Of a DNA stretch of 64,000 nt, positions 9,801 to 21,676 are shown in pieces (position 1 is the first letter of the stretch; every line of letters begins with the position of its first letter). Source of the DNA: Balanoglossus misakiensis (lineage: Eukaryota; Animalia; Hemichordata). The translations under genes and the position numbers were made by a program. The notes under the pieces were generated by a model. The model was not told the origin of the DNA and did no database searches. It saw only the letters and a list, made by a program, of their open reading frames with translations. The stretch is from NCBI GenBank assembly GCA_040954595.2, contig CM082578.2:9719519-9783518 (forward strand), in the 5' to 3' direction.

Positions 9801-12800
9801 GATAAAAATAACCTGTACTTTGGTAAAAAAAAAATGTATGTTGTCTGATATCATGGTTGCCCAACAATATGGCCTGTTTGATTGGTTTCCTTACATTTTT
9901 ATTGATACGATATTGGATATCCATTCTTTCTGCCCATGCAAAGAAATCAGGCTTGTTGAAGTCAATATAGGTTGAAATTTGGAACATGGATTTATTGGGA
10001 TTGTACACTGTCAACACATATGCTACAGACAATTGTCTTTCCATCATAGATATGTGTTTGTGGGTTTCCTGGCCACAGGTTCTTGTGTATGGATTTCCTA
10101 CATTTTCATGCTCGCCCCTTCAAATGAGCGAACTTTGTCGTTCCTGACAAATTTGGGTCAGACCCTCAGAAATGACAGTGGCACCATTGTTACTTTGTCG
10201 ACAGGTGAAGTGAAAGGGGCTAAGGTCCTCTTCATCCTGGCTCTCATGTGGTTTAAAGAGACAATTCGGTTCACGCATCAAATGGAGAAACTGGCAATCT
10301 CTGCCATGTTGAAAACACTCCAGGGGACAATGTGTTTCTTTTCTCACCTAGCCATATGCTGGCAAGAATCGGAGGTATGATGATGTCATTGGCCGCTTCT
10401 GGTACAATGAGAGCCGTGTTTGCTCTGTCCTCGGGACTTTGTGTCAAGTGCGTGTACTCAGTAGCCAGTTTCAACAGAACTCTCTTGCTAGCTGCCAGTG
10501 ATACAAAGGAAACCATATTGTCGCTTGGGAAGAGGGAGAGCCAGAGAGCGAGTGGGGGAAAAAAAGCCTTTTTATTGACACTGGAAAATCCCATTTGTAA
10601 CGGACATGTCGGCATTGCTCTGTTCCATCATCGCGTTGGCCCCCTCTCGGCCCTTTCGGAAGGGGGGGGGGGGGAACCTCTAATCAGAATTATTGATTTT
10701 TTTCGGGAAAAACGTTACACAGCTACAAAGCGTCTCACTTTTCCCCACGTGTTTGCACAGTTGCCAGCAATCGCAGCGTTCGTCATTGTGAACAGCCCGT
10801 TTTGATTGAGGACGAGACCGCTGAGTAGTCACGCAATGTGTTCATAAAACAACACTTTAAACACCTTGTGTTTGCCCACTTCCCCCTCCAAGCTGACTCA
10901 GCTTACGCCGGTGTCACGCGTAAGTTATGCGCGCAAACTTTTGCCGCATTTCACTAGTGACACAATAAGCCCTTTTTAATTTCCTGTATTAGATCTGATG
11001 TCACACCCGGGTTGTGCTGTTTGCGGAGAGGCGCAACGGTGAGAATGATAGATGTCTATTTTGCTACTTTATACTCGGTGCTAATACGCTCAAGTAGATC
11101 CCTCCGAAGAGTCCATGACATTTTTAATCAGATAATGTACAAACCGATGAGAAAGTAATGTCCTTTTCGTCAATTGGATTTGGCCGGGCTTTACACCAAC
11201 TATTGGGATTTAATTTTCCCATCTGTTTCAATGCAGACAGTATACCTTATATCAATTTATTTTTTATTTTGCTCTTTTTAATGCGAAAAGGGACTGGCAT
11301 ATATAGATCTGGACATTTTGCAGTCTATTGTGTTATAAATATGAAAAATGTTTCTAAACTGTTTTGACAAAACAGGTGAGACCGTCTGGTGATTTGTTTT
11401 GAAAGTTGGGCATGATTAATTATACTGTGTAGTATACCATAAGGTCAGGTAGGGGAAAATTATCAGGTATTTTGATAAAACAAACAGAGGCATCTGGGCA
11501 TTTGCTTCTTGCTCCCAATACTCGGTAATAAATGTAATTCTATACGCATAATAAAAGCCAAGTTTTTCTGACCTTATATCAAGTTCAAGGAGTACTGGAA
11601 CTGAATGTAAATTTATTCTGGGGATGCCTGCATTTGTGGCAGACAGACCGACTCCAAAACACATCTCAGTAGTGAAAGCCCTAGAAAGAGGCACCTGAGA
11701 GAAATAAAGTACACCATCAACGGCAGGCAAACACAGCAGTAGTTAGTGGTAATTTAAAAAATATATATAAGAATTTATAAAACTAGAACAAGTCTAGAGT
11801 GGAAATTCAACACAGCCATGTTTTTTATGTCTGCCTGGCCAGTGGCTGTTTCAGTACCGTCACCTCAACAATTACTCACTGTAAATGTTATATTTCTCCC
11901 CTTTCTCAAATGTTTATGGCCGTTTGGTTGCCATGGCGATAGTCTATGGATCTCCGTCAGATGGAAAAGGTGCTCTGGGCACTTTTATATTAAGCTGATG
12001 TGTTCTAAGGCTATTATGTGTGCATCTGCTTAATTTTGCATGCCTGTGTGAGATGCCTTGTAATATCCCACCCACCACTGTGCGCTTGTACTTGAAAGAT
12101 AGATGCACCTCACAGGTATTGATTACAGTGTCCATATCATTGCTGATATTAAAGTCAGGGTCAAGGGCGCTATATTTTGACATTCATTGTGTTTTGTGTG
12201 CAAGAAATTAGAAGTGTAGTCTTTCATAATAATACACTGAACTCTGGGTAATCTTAGAACGTACTGTACTCTTTCTGTGCCATGATTCTTGCTCAGAACT
12301 AGAATTCAGTGACATGGAAATTAACATGATAATACACGCTCTGTAAAATGTTTTAATCTTGCTGTTTTTACTCCTGACATTTTTTTCTTTTTAGTAAATA
12401 TATACTTGGTCACATGTTGTACTTGCAAGTCAAATGATTTTTGAGTGTGTGGATTGTTTTTAACATGAATAATTATATTTTTTGTCAATTTTATGCAGTG
12501 TGTACATTATTTATAAGGGGGGAAAGTGGTTATTGTACCACACAGTGCAAGTTCATCAATTCAGCAATGCACTTTTGTACATCAACCAGTTTATCTCATA
12601 CCCATGAAAGATATTGTTATCAAACCGGATAACTTTGCACAATAAAACTGTACTTTGGCTTTTATGACTAAAAATCGACTACCTTATTGCTTTCACTTTT
12701 AGTACTTTCCTAAAATTACACCTGCACACTCAAAAACAGTGATTGTTCACGTTAGAAACAATCAACTCGGTCACTCTCTCTAATGTATGGGAGGGGGGGG

Positions 12801-15800
12801 GAGAAGGAACTGGCCAATTCTACACCTTCTTTTAAAATGATTTCATGATTTATGAATCCACGTCCTTTGATTTTAGTTTTTCTGTCTTCATTGGAGTAGA
12901 TTTTGTCGATAGGTGAGATTGTACACTTCCCTTCACAGTCAACATAGCGGAAAGATATCTACCATTGGTCCATCACCATCATCCACAACCAGATTTCGGT
13001 GACGACTGGTTCAATCGTAACAAATAACACACGCAGCTAGCGCACGCACACACAGTCCATGTGTTACGTTCATTGTGTTCGCTCCGACAGAGACTGCATA
13101 GCAGCCATTGTGTCCACGCGTCCGATGATGAATGCCGCCATAAGCCGACAACATAAAAACCAGAGAAATTCCTGACCAAATCCTCTTATCAGGAAAACGT
13201 GTAAATTGAGAGATTTTGTCAGATTTCCTTAGTCTGTGGCATCCTCTGTTTTGGATTTACTGACCTGATTCAGTAAAGGACTCCTCCTTGTCTGATGCAG
13301 AATTATATCCACACTGGTCTGATTTAATCTTTACCCCAAAAAAGTGTTTTGACACAATTTTCATGTTTTTTTTATATAAAAGTCTTAGCTTAATCTATAC
13401 ACGTAACCAAGCAGGAAATAAGTCTTTCCCTTGAAAATGATGCCAACGGAAGAAACCTATGCACGGTATGAAATCAAATTTAAATTCTTCAAGAGTTTGC
13501 AGTACAGGTATCATTGTCAGGTTTTTAAACACAATCAGTAATGTGGCATTTCCAAAAATGATGCTGCTTTTTTTTTAAATCAGTAAAATATTAAAGCTTT
13601 AATTAAAGGATATTGATCTCAATTAGACTGCCTGTGGCTGACTGGCTTAATATTGGTGTATTTTACGTTCATAAATTTCTCATTAAAGATCTTAGTCTTG
13701 ATTTGATAAGCCTTGATTAATATTTTATAGCAATCAAAGTAATGGATTTTGCTGATTTTTTTTGGCTTTGCTAGAGTCTTATAGCAAAATTTTATTTTCC
13801 AGATTTTGAGATCGTTGACATTGAATTTGAGCCTGTAATAAAGGACTTTGCCAATAAACAGGATATTTTTCAGTGAATGAATTTGTTAGAATAATTTCCA
13901 GAGCCTTCTTGATAACATGCCTTATGACTGCTGTCATTCCTCAAATCTATTAATTAGCGGGGACTATGTCATCGACAATGACTTGTTCTTTTTTGGCATT
14001 TTGTGTTCTCCATGCAGCAGATCGAAATGTTCAATATTTAGCTTGTCTAGATGGTTTGCACAGGTAAAACACATTGGCCATTATGGTCAACACTTGAAAT
14101 ATAAGACACACTTTCAATTGTCAATAATAACGATCATGCACATCATACTGTTATGCATGTACCGGTACATGTTGACTCATGGAATACTGAGTATTCCTCA
14201 TCGTGTTCCATAGTTGATGTAAAGACTGAAAAATGATCAGAAGTTAGAACTCAGTGTCCCTTCAAGCCAATTGCTTTCCACGAAAATTGCTTGTGCCAGG
14301 GTTGTGCAACAACTATACATTTATGGATGTATTGTATGCACAGTTGTTCATTGGTGTAGGATTTCAAGGTCTCCAAATACTTTGTGCTTATGTGTGATTT
14401 ATTAAGTTGGCACCTTCTAGCCTGTCAGATCAGTGAAGTGAATGAAATGCCATTGTTCGGCAGACCAATATACCCCGATGTGATTATACCCGGAATGACA
14501 ATGTACGGATTTGTACGCCGACATGTGATCCCAGCCCACACCCCCTCCTGGGTTTGTGATGAACAGAGGCACACAATAACAACTGATCATCAAATTAGTC
14601 CCTGAATAGGCGAGATCAAAATGCGACCTGACTGCAAACAAGTATAATCATTACAGCCCGCAATCAGTCTGCAGCGCCTTCCAATTTCCCCAATCACAGC
14701 AATCGGACAATTTCAGTGTTTCGCAGGTATGACACACACCGAGCACAAACGACGAAGATACACTGCCACCCTATTGTTAGGGTTCTTTTGTCGCAGAGCG
14801 GAACGGGCGGGAACTTGAATCCTGATGCTTTACTTATTGAGTCAGTGATTCACTCTTTCCTCTTGTGATTTCTAAACTACAGCAATCAAGAACACACAGA
14901 TGCACCGTGTCTAAAGTTTGGATAATAGCCCAGTAACAAAGGCTTGATTACAGTTGCTTCCTGCTACCTTGTCAATCTTATTAGATTATACCATTTAACG
15001 TCAGGTCAGGGATAATTTCTTTTTCCTTCAATGCAGTTTAGTTTCCAGTCATGTCCGAGTTCTCCTGCCCGGTACAAGTGAGAGCTATTTTAGACAAATA
15101 CTGGGAAAAGTATTTTCACATGGTAACTTTAAATTTACAAAAGGTGTTCCTATATGTTATGACATTAAAATATTTTTAAAGACAAATATCTGAGTGGGTG
15201 AATGAATGTTTGTAAATAAAGAATTTGAGTGAACGAAGACTAATATTTCTATTTATTCAATATTTTTTTATAAAAGTTATGCTTGCTTAAGTCACAAATT
15301 AAGAAAGTGAGTCAAATATAAGGAAACTGACCAAATGTTTAAATAGGAGAATTGTAAATTTGAACAAATGACATTGCCTTGTCATATTTCATTATTTGTA
15401 TATTGGCTGGTGTAGGCAAGTTAAAATGTGTACACCTGATTAAGGCAATAAAATGATGTGATAAGGTTAAAGGTCAGGTGTAAATGTGATAAATTTCATT
15501 TTATTGGGTTATTTTTGTGCCAGTAAAATTAAGACCATGCAGCTTTGAATTTGCACATTGTATTCTGGAGGGGCAATTTGTCATAGCGATGTGAAAATCA
15601 CCAAGGTTTGGTGGTGAGAATCAGGTGTTGCCCAATAAAATCTGGTTCTGTGCCTGTACGGTTTGGCTGCAGGGGCTTTAATCTGTACCATATTACTTTT
15701 CCGGTGTTTGTCATTATAGCGCACCCCCGCTAAATCGCCCTTTTCTCATGGATCTGCTGCACAGCTCCAGTTGTCGTGCGGTACGTATTTGCACTCTCAC

Positions 15801-16498
15801 ATGCGACAGATGCGCCCAAAACGCCGGCTCGTAATAACCTGTCTGATTGCGGCAACGTATCTGGCACTTTGCACAATATGTTCCGACAAAAACGTGTGAT
15901 GACGGGGTCAGGGAGTCAAAGGTCGCGCCGCAAATCAGGGCGAGCTTTTTTCACACTTTTACATAATTATTACTAAATGACAAGCCGGAGACGTTTTTCG
16001 CATAATACGCCGAACCTGTCAATCTATCGTAGCACCCTCCAAATGCTAATCACATAAAACATGAAAGGCGCGAACAATTTAATGAGTTTAGCAACATCCC
16101 TGAAATTATCCTAATTTCATTTCCCAAATTTTGCCGGCGTTAATTTTCAAGAATTTGATGGTTACAGCAGGTTCCTTTTCAATCAATCACTCGATGGAAA
16201 TGACATGGGGTGACTTTCCCTCAGTCAATTCATTTTTAGCTCCCATCTGGTATATGTATATACATGTACCAGCTGATGGAATCAGGCATTGTCCTATGTC
16301 TGTCTGTCTGTATGTATGTGAATTATGTTTCAGTATTAAAATTAAACTGACTGTTGTGAGAATTGTGTTGCTGACTTTCATAGAAATTGTAACAAATCTA
16401 TCTACCAGAATTCTGTATTCCACTATTTTTTTCGTCGAAACATAATGGTAAAAATAGAGGCAGTTTTTGCTAGGGAAACTCCAAGAGTGGAGTGGATT

Positions 16499-16552
16499 AT
16501 ACTGTAAAACGGAAAAATTTTCCAGTCGCAAACAATTCCCGTTTTACAGTAT
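16499..16552. mobile_element. 54-bp foldback / internally deleted MITE remnant with 14-bp perfect inverted repeats
   Basis: ATACTGTAAAACGG (16499-16512) and CCGTTTTACAGTAT (16539-16552) are perfect reverse complements. The TA at each end is compatible with a TA target duplication. Confidence 0.45.
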
Positions 16553-18080
16553 TTTCACATCCAGGGTGTTGGTGGCAAGTGGAAGTGAACATGAGACTGC
16601 ATGATGTCTTTCAAGTCACAAAATGATTGCTGAGCATTCAGATCTTTGTATACTCATGAGAACATTTGTGTGCGCTCACACTTCAGGCCTCCGTGCTCTC
16701 ATACATCATAGTCGTACACTAATGGCGTTTGGGTCAAAGCCTGCATAATCTGCATGCGGTGGCCTTGAAAAGCTGCAGAAATCGTGCTTGAAATTAACAC
16801 TTTTGTAGGAGTATGCCATTAGGGGTGTGGATGAATTGCCTAGTTAATGTTCTGAGAAAACATTAACCGTTGCTAAGACCATTGCATTCTGGGATAGGAG
16901 TTTGTGTGTGTGTGTGCATGCATGTGTGTGTCTTTTTATGTTGGAATATAACCAGTGTGAGCATACCTGATAGTTTTCTGTTCTCGATCTATCAATTATT
17001 TCACTCTTGGCTCCCAACTTTGGCAATGACAGAGTATAGGATCTCCACAGGAAATCTAGTTTTCCGTCATCACAAAAAGTATAGTGAGAACGGAAATATT
17101 ATCAGTTGGATTACTGAAAATGGGATCAGAAAAATCCTGGTCTAAGAAGAGTAGTCGTTCTTTTCAAAATCAGAGACAGCAGCGAATAATTTATTTTTTG
17201 TGAACATATTTGTTGATGTAAGCTTTCAACGGAAGTGTCCCGTCATTGAGGCGTTGATGAATAACGAAATTCTGTCTATCCATTCATTTAAATCTTTACT
17301 GCTTCCCTTGTATTAACTTCATTTAAAGATTAGCCCAATATTGGATTTTGTCAGAAGGCTTTGAGATTAATCTGCAGAGCTGTTTGCTTCAAATTTGCTG
17401 TTTTTGACATCGCTCATTTCTTAGCTTGCCAGCAAGGATTTTACTCATAAGTTCACATCCTCACGGTATTCAGGCCTTTAATAATTCACAATTGAAAAAT
17501 CCTCAATTTTGTTTCAATTGAACGAATTCACATAATTTCCGTCATAAATAAATTTTGATCGGATTTATTGGGAAGAAGCAATTTTCATCTCCAGTAAATG
17601 TAACCAAAATATTTATTTTAAAAAAGTAGAAATTTCAGACAGGAAAAACTCATGAGTTGTCTCAATTGGAATTTGAATATTTATTGGAATTCGAAATTGT
17701 TGCTATCTAGAAGACAGAAAAGGTTGAAATAATGCTGGCATGATTCACACCAGTAGCTAAAGTAATTTCCACCCAATTTAGGAGATGTATATTATCAGTC
17801 AAAATTACGTGGCAGTGAGATATGTTTTGGGTTCTATTAAGTTGTTATTTCAGGCATAGATTTTTCAATAGTCAATCAGTACTATGACCCCATCCTATTT
17901 CTGTCCAACTTGTCTAATTTCCGAGGCTTGAATGCAATTTATATTAAAAAATGTACATCGCGCATCAGTCATTTCATTAAACGCCTCTTCACGGTCCCCG
18001 TATGCTGTGCTAATGGTGTATTTTCTTCCAGCCCGTAGTTACGTGATGCAGCCATAGATCACGGCGATGGCAAAGCTCCT

Positions 18081-18108
18081 AGAGAGAGAGAGAGAGAAAG
18101 GGAGAGAG
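18081..18108. repeat. (GA)n microsatellite
   Basis: agagagagagagagagaaagggagagag read directly. Confidence 0.85.
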
Positions 18109-20403
18109 AAAAAAAACAAGGACTGAAATACACTGTGTGTGATCCCATCCACTCCTAATGAAAACAGATTGTCTCCCGTGTCTTAATGTATGGAAAATTC
18201 GCTATAATCTTCATGCATACGGCAATTACAGTCGTCTAAGAGAGTTGTAATGCGAGATGCAGTGCCCCGGGTCTGCCTGTCATACTAGCCGTATTGATGA
18301 TCACCCCTGGGCGAAATATTACATGCGTATATACCGTGTAAACACCGTGCTGTGTTGTCAGATTTCATTATCTGGTTTCCCCCCTGTTTTTCAGGATGAA
18401 CTGGCTTCTTTTTCCGACGGAGAGAAATCTCAGCGTAGATACACTCAGCATCCTGCGATCGTGGCAACGTATATTTTCCGGATCAACATCTGGTATTTTA
18501 CTTTCCCAATGCCCAGCGTTTAGAATCTTTTTTTATTGCAAGCCGTTATATTTTGCATTCTCATATCTCCGCTAGATAATAATAGTTTATTGCACCTATA
18601 ACTGCCACTTTTCACAAAATACAGTAGTATAATATTTGGCAGTTGTCTAATAAAATTTCACATAAAAATGGTGCCGGTTGCTCAACTCTCAATCCAATGT
18701 GGTAGAATAAAAGTCATGCAATATAGCAGAGAACTTGAAATTTTTTCAGCAATTTTTTTTCTTCAGACAGCATTATCGGTTTGCCAGCATGTGGGATATG
18801 GCCACTTCTTACAACTATGAGTAGTGTTTGCCCCGTGTGATAAATATCTTCAGGACGTGCAGTTACCGTGGCAACAATCAATGTAAAAAATGTAGCCAGA
18901 CAGAAAATATTACAGCGGAATAATTCCGGTGGAAAAAAAAAGCGGGAAGCAAACACCGTGTAAATTACGACTGAGTCCAATAGCCGAGTAAATATGTTGG
19001 GGAGAAAATTGTCAGAATTTATGTTGAGTTCGGAGAAGCCAGCGGAGTTTTTAATATTTCCTGGATATTACATTGAAAACACAGGTGAATTAAAGCTTTG
19101 AAGTATTTATCTGCGTGTTGCTGTTTTCTATTGTCAACTTTTCGCAGTAATTCACAGCGCCGGTCCGACTTCCCAGAGCTACAGATTGATTCAAATGGAA
19201 GTAAATTATGGTGTAATATTTTCCGGATCCAGGGCAACTGGTGAGAATATTGCCAAGAATGTGGAGAGCCATCGCGCAACTTTCCCAGCAACAGATATTT
19301 CCTGAGTCGTGGTGATGATAGCTAGCTGTCGTTTGCTTTCCCAGAATGCATTGGTACGGTAGATGAAGACAATCTCACTGTTAATTTACAAGCGTATGTC
19401 CCCTCCTCCTCCTCCTCCTCTTCAAAAAACATCTCATTCAGTGGAGCATAAATTGTACCTTTTACCTTGGAGGTAATTGAATTTGGACGACAGCCATTTG
19501 AATTATACATATAGGACTTCAACGTTTCCACACATGAAGTAAAATGTATTCTAGTTAAATGATCGAGTCAGAGATGGTCACCGTAGTAAAGGTACATGGT
19601 GCTCAAAACTTGAGGAGATTATAAGGAAGGATCTGTGTATAAGTGATGTCAGCATTCTTTCAACCCATTGATTTGACAGAAAAATCAGAAACGTACTCTC
19701 AAGAAAGCTTGCATACCCACTCAAACAGAAAATACAAGAGCTCTTAAAATCAGCACAGATATAATATCTCCAGAGTTTCTTCCATTTATTATTGGCAAAA
19801 CATCCGACCCACTGCGTTTCTCCTCCTCGAGTTTATTTTATTTGCAGACAGACATCGACGCACGCCCAGCAATGCCGACTACGTGACTTGTCAGCTCCAG
19901 CCATATTCCTCCGTGCTGCCACTTGGCTCCAATCATTAAAGTGAATAATAAAACAGCCCTCGAGATGTGTTCACCAGAAATGAGCAGTTGTGAGGAAAGG
20001 CCTCTCTCAAGATGCCTTCAAGGTACACTTAACTCACACAGACTGCATGAGAAGTATCGGTTGAGCGAGGGGGAAAAAAGTATACGAATATCCCGGGGCT
20101 GAAACGATATATACACACATAAGTCTTTATACATGCAAGCTGGCAGGCAGATTTTTTTTTCTCCGAAAATTTTCACTTCAAACTTATTCCAAGGTAACAG
20201 CCCACGAATGTGCTCCATGTAATTGCTTTTTCATCCATAACGTGTAGCCTGCAGATCAGAAGTAGTGCCCCTTGCCACGCCCTTACGAAGTTGTTTTCTT
20301 GCGGCAAACATGCGGCGAAGTTGCGGCACATGTGCGGCACGCAAATTTCTGACCGCAACTTTGTGGCGACTAATCGCCGATGATCGCCAGTACCGGCACA
20401 CTT

Positions 20404-20610
20404 CTGGCGATCAGTCAAGACTTTTGCGGCACGTATGCCGCAACATTTAAGTAAACACAGAGTGTCTTGTACTACTGGTGATCAGTGAAGCCTTTTGCGG
20501 CGCATATGCCGCAAAAGTAAAGTAAACAGGGAGTTTGATATTATCTGGTGATCAGTGGAGTCTATTGCGGCACGGTTGCGGTATATATGCCAGAACGTTC
20601 AAGTAAACAG
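20404..20610. repeat. Three diverged ~71-bp tandem units in the left subterminal region of the transposon
   Basis: GATCAGT recurs at 20409, 20480 and 20550, each followed by TTGCGGC...TGCCG/TGCCA...AGTAAACA. Confidence 0.75.
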
Positions 20611-21375
20611 AATTTGAATATGCAGCTGGTTGTAATTACTTTTTGGTGACATGTGCAGAAACGAGAATGAGGCTGATTTCATTTAGGCGGACATTTTGAT
20701 TGTGTAAGGTTACACTGTAGTCACTGTGCCCATCAAAAACCATGAATTTGATGTCACCAATCCATACAGCTGGAAGCTGCTTCACTTGAATACTGTGGTA
20801 GCGATATTTGTGCATTACCAGAGGTCAGTAGTTTGAACAATTTCCTGAGGATGATGTCATAATCTTGTACTAATAGTCAGACTAAATGGAAAAGTGTCTG
20901 CAAAAGAAAAACTCTGGTGTTGATCCAAGACAATTTATACCAGTAAGAGGACACTTGAGACAAAACATTGCAATGACATGTATACAGCTGGGTGAGTTTT
21001 CTAAATTTTGTTGGTTTCTGTGGTAGTTGAATCACTTGAGATAACTATAAAATAATGCCTGCTGTTGAAATAAACAATGAGGGTCACAATTTCACAAAGA
21101 AAGGATGTTTGGTCTAAGCCTGTTGAATATACTGGGGATAACTCTCCTTATGGGAAGTACATGTATGAATATGACACACCAAATTCACATGAGAATTAAG
21201 ATTTGCTGAACCAAGATACATGTACATTGTACTGTGAAGTATGCAAACTTCAGAACAGAATGGATAGATTGGCAATTCTTTTCACTGGTGGCTGGTAGCT
21301 AAGAAGGGGCCACAGTAGGGATTAATTACATGTATTAACAAGAGGTCATAATTTGCGGCATATACGCCGCAAACC

Positions 21376-21676
21376 CACAAAGTTGCGGTATGTTTACCGC
21401 AACTGTTCGCCGCAACAGCTCATTTGCATGCGAAAATATGCATTAGCCGCGCGTGCGCCGCAAACAGTTGCGGTATATGCGCCGCAAAGTTGCAAAGGGC
21501 AGAATTTGCGGCATGTACGCCGCAAACCCCTGTTTTGGCATACGTGCCGCATATGTGCCACAAAGTTGCGGTATGTTTACCGCAACTGTGCGCCGCAACA
21601 GCTCATTTGCATGCGAAAATATGCATTAGCCGCGCGTGCGCCGCAAACAGTTGCGGTATATGTGCCGCAAAGTTGC
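21376..21676. repeat. Near-identical ~118-bp direct duplication (period 183 bp) in the right subterminal region of the transposon
   Basis: CACAAAGTTGCGGTATGTTTACCGCAACTG...CATTTGCATGCGAAAATATGCATTAGCCGCGCGTGCGCCGCAAACAGTTGCGGTATATG..CCGCAAAGTTGC occurs at ~21376-21493 and ~21559-21676. Confidence 0.9.

Noticed and set aside
9781-10805. Cluster of overlapping 75-157-aa ORFs on both strands
   Set aside because: No recognisable motifs, one crosses a poly-G run, and I could not chain them with phase-compatible splice sites. A decayed coding remnant cannot be excluded without BLASTX.
11416-11730. Minus-strand 104-aa ORF containing a good splice acceptor near 11697
   Set aside because: No convincing partner exons and no recognisable protein similarity.
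14553-14605. GTGATGA...CTGA, a possible C/D box snoRNA
   Set aside because: The C-to-D distance is too short, there is no evident host intron, and I recognised no rRNA-complementary guide.
20404-20610. Palindromic repeats with spacers, superficially CRISPR-like
   Set aside because: The whole ~71-bp unit is repeated, so the spacers are not unique. It lies inside TIRs in a eukaryotic context with no cas genes.
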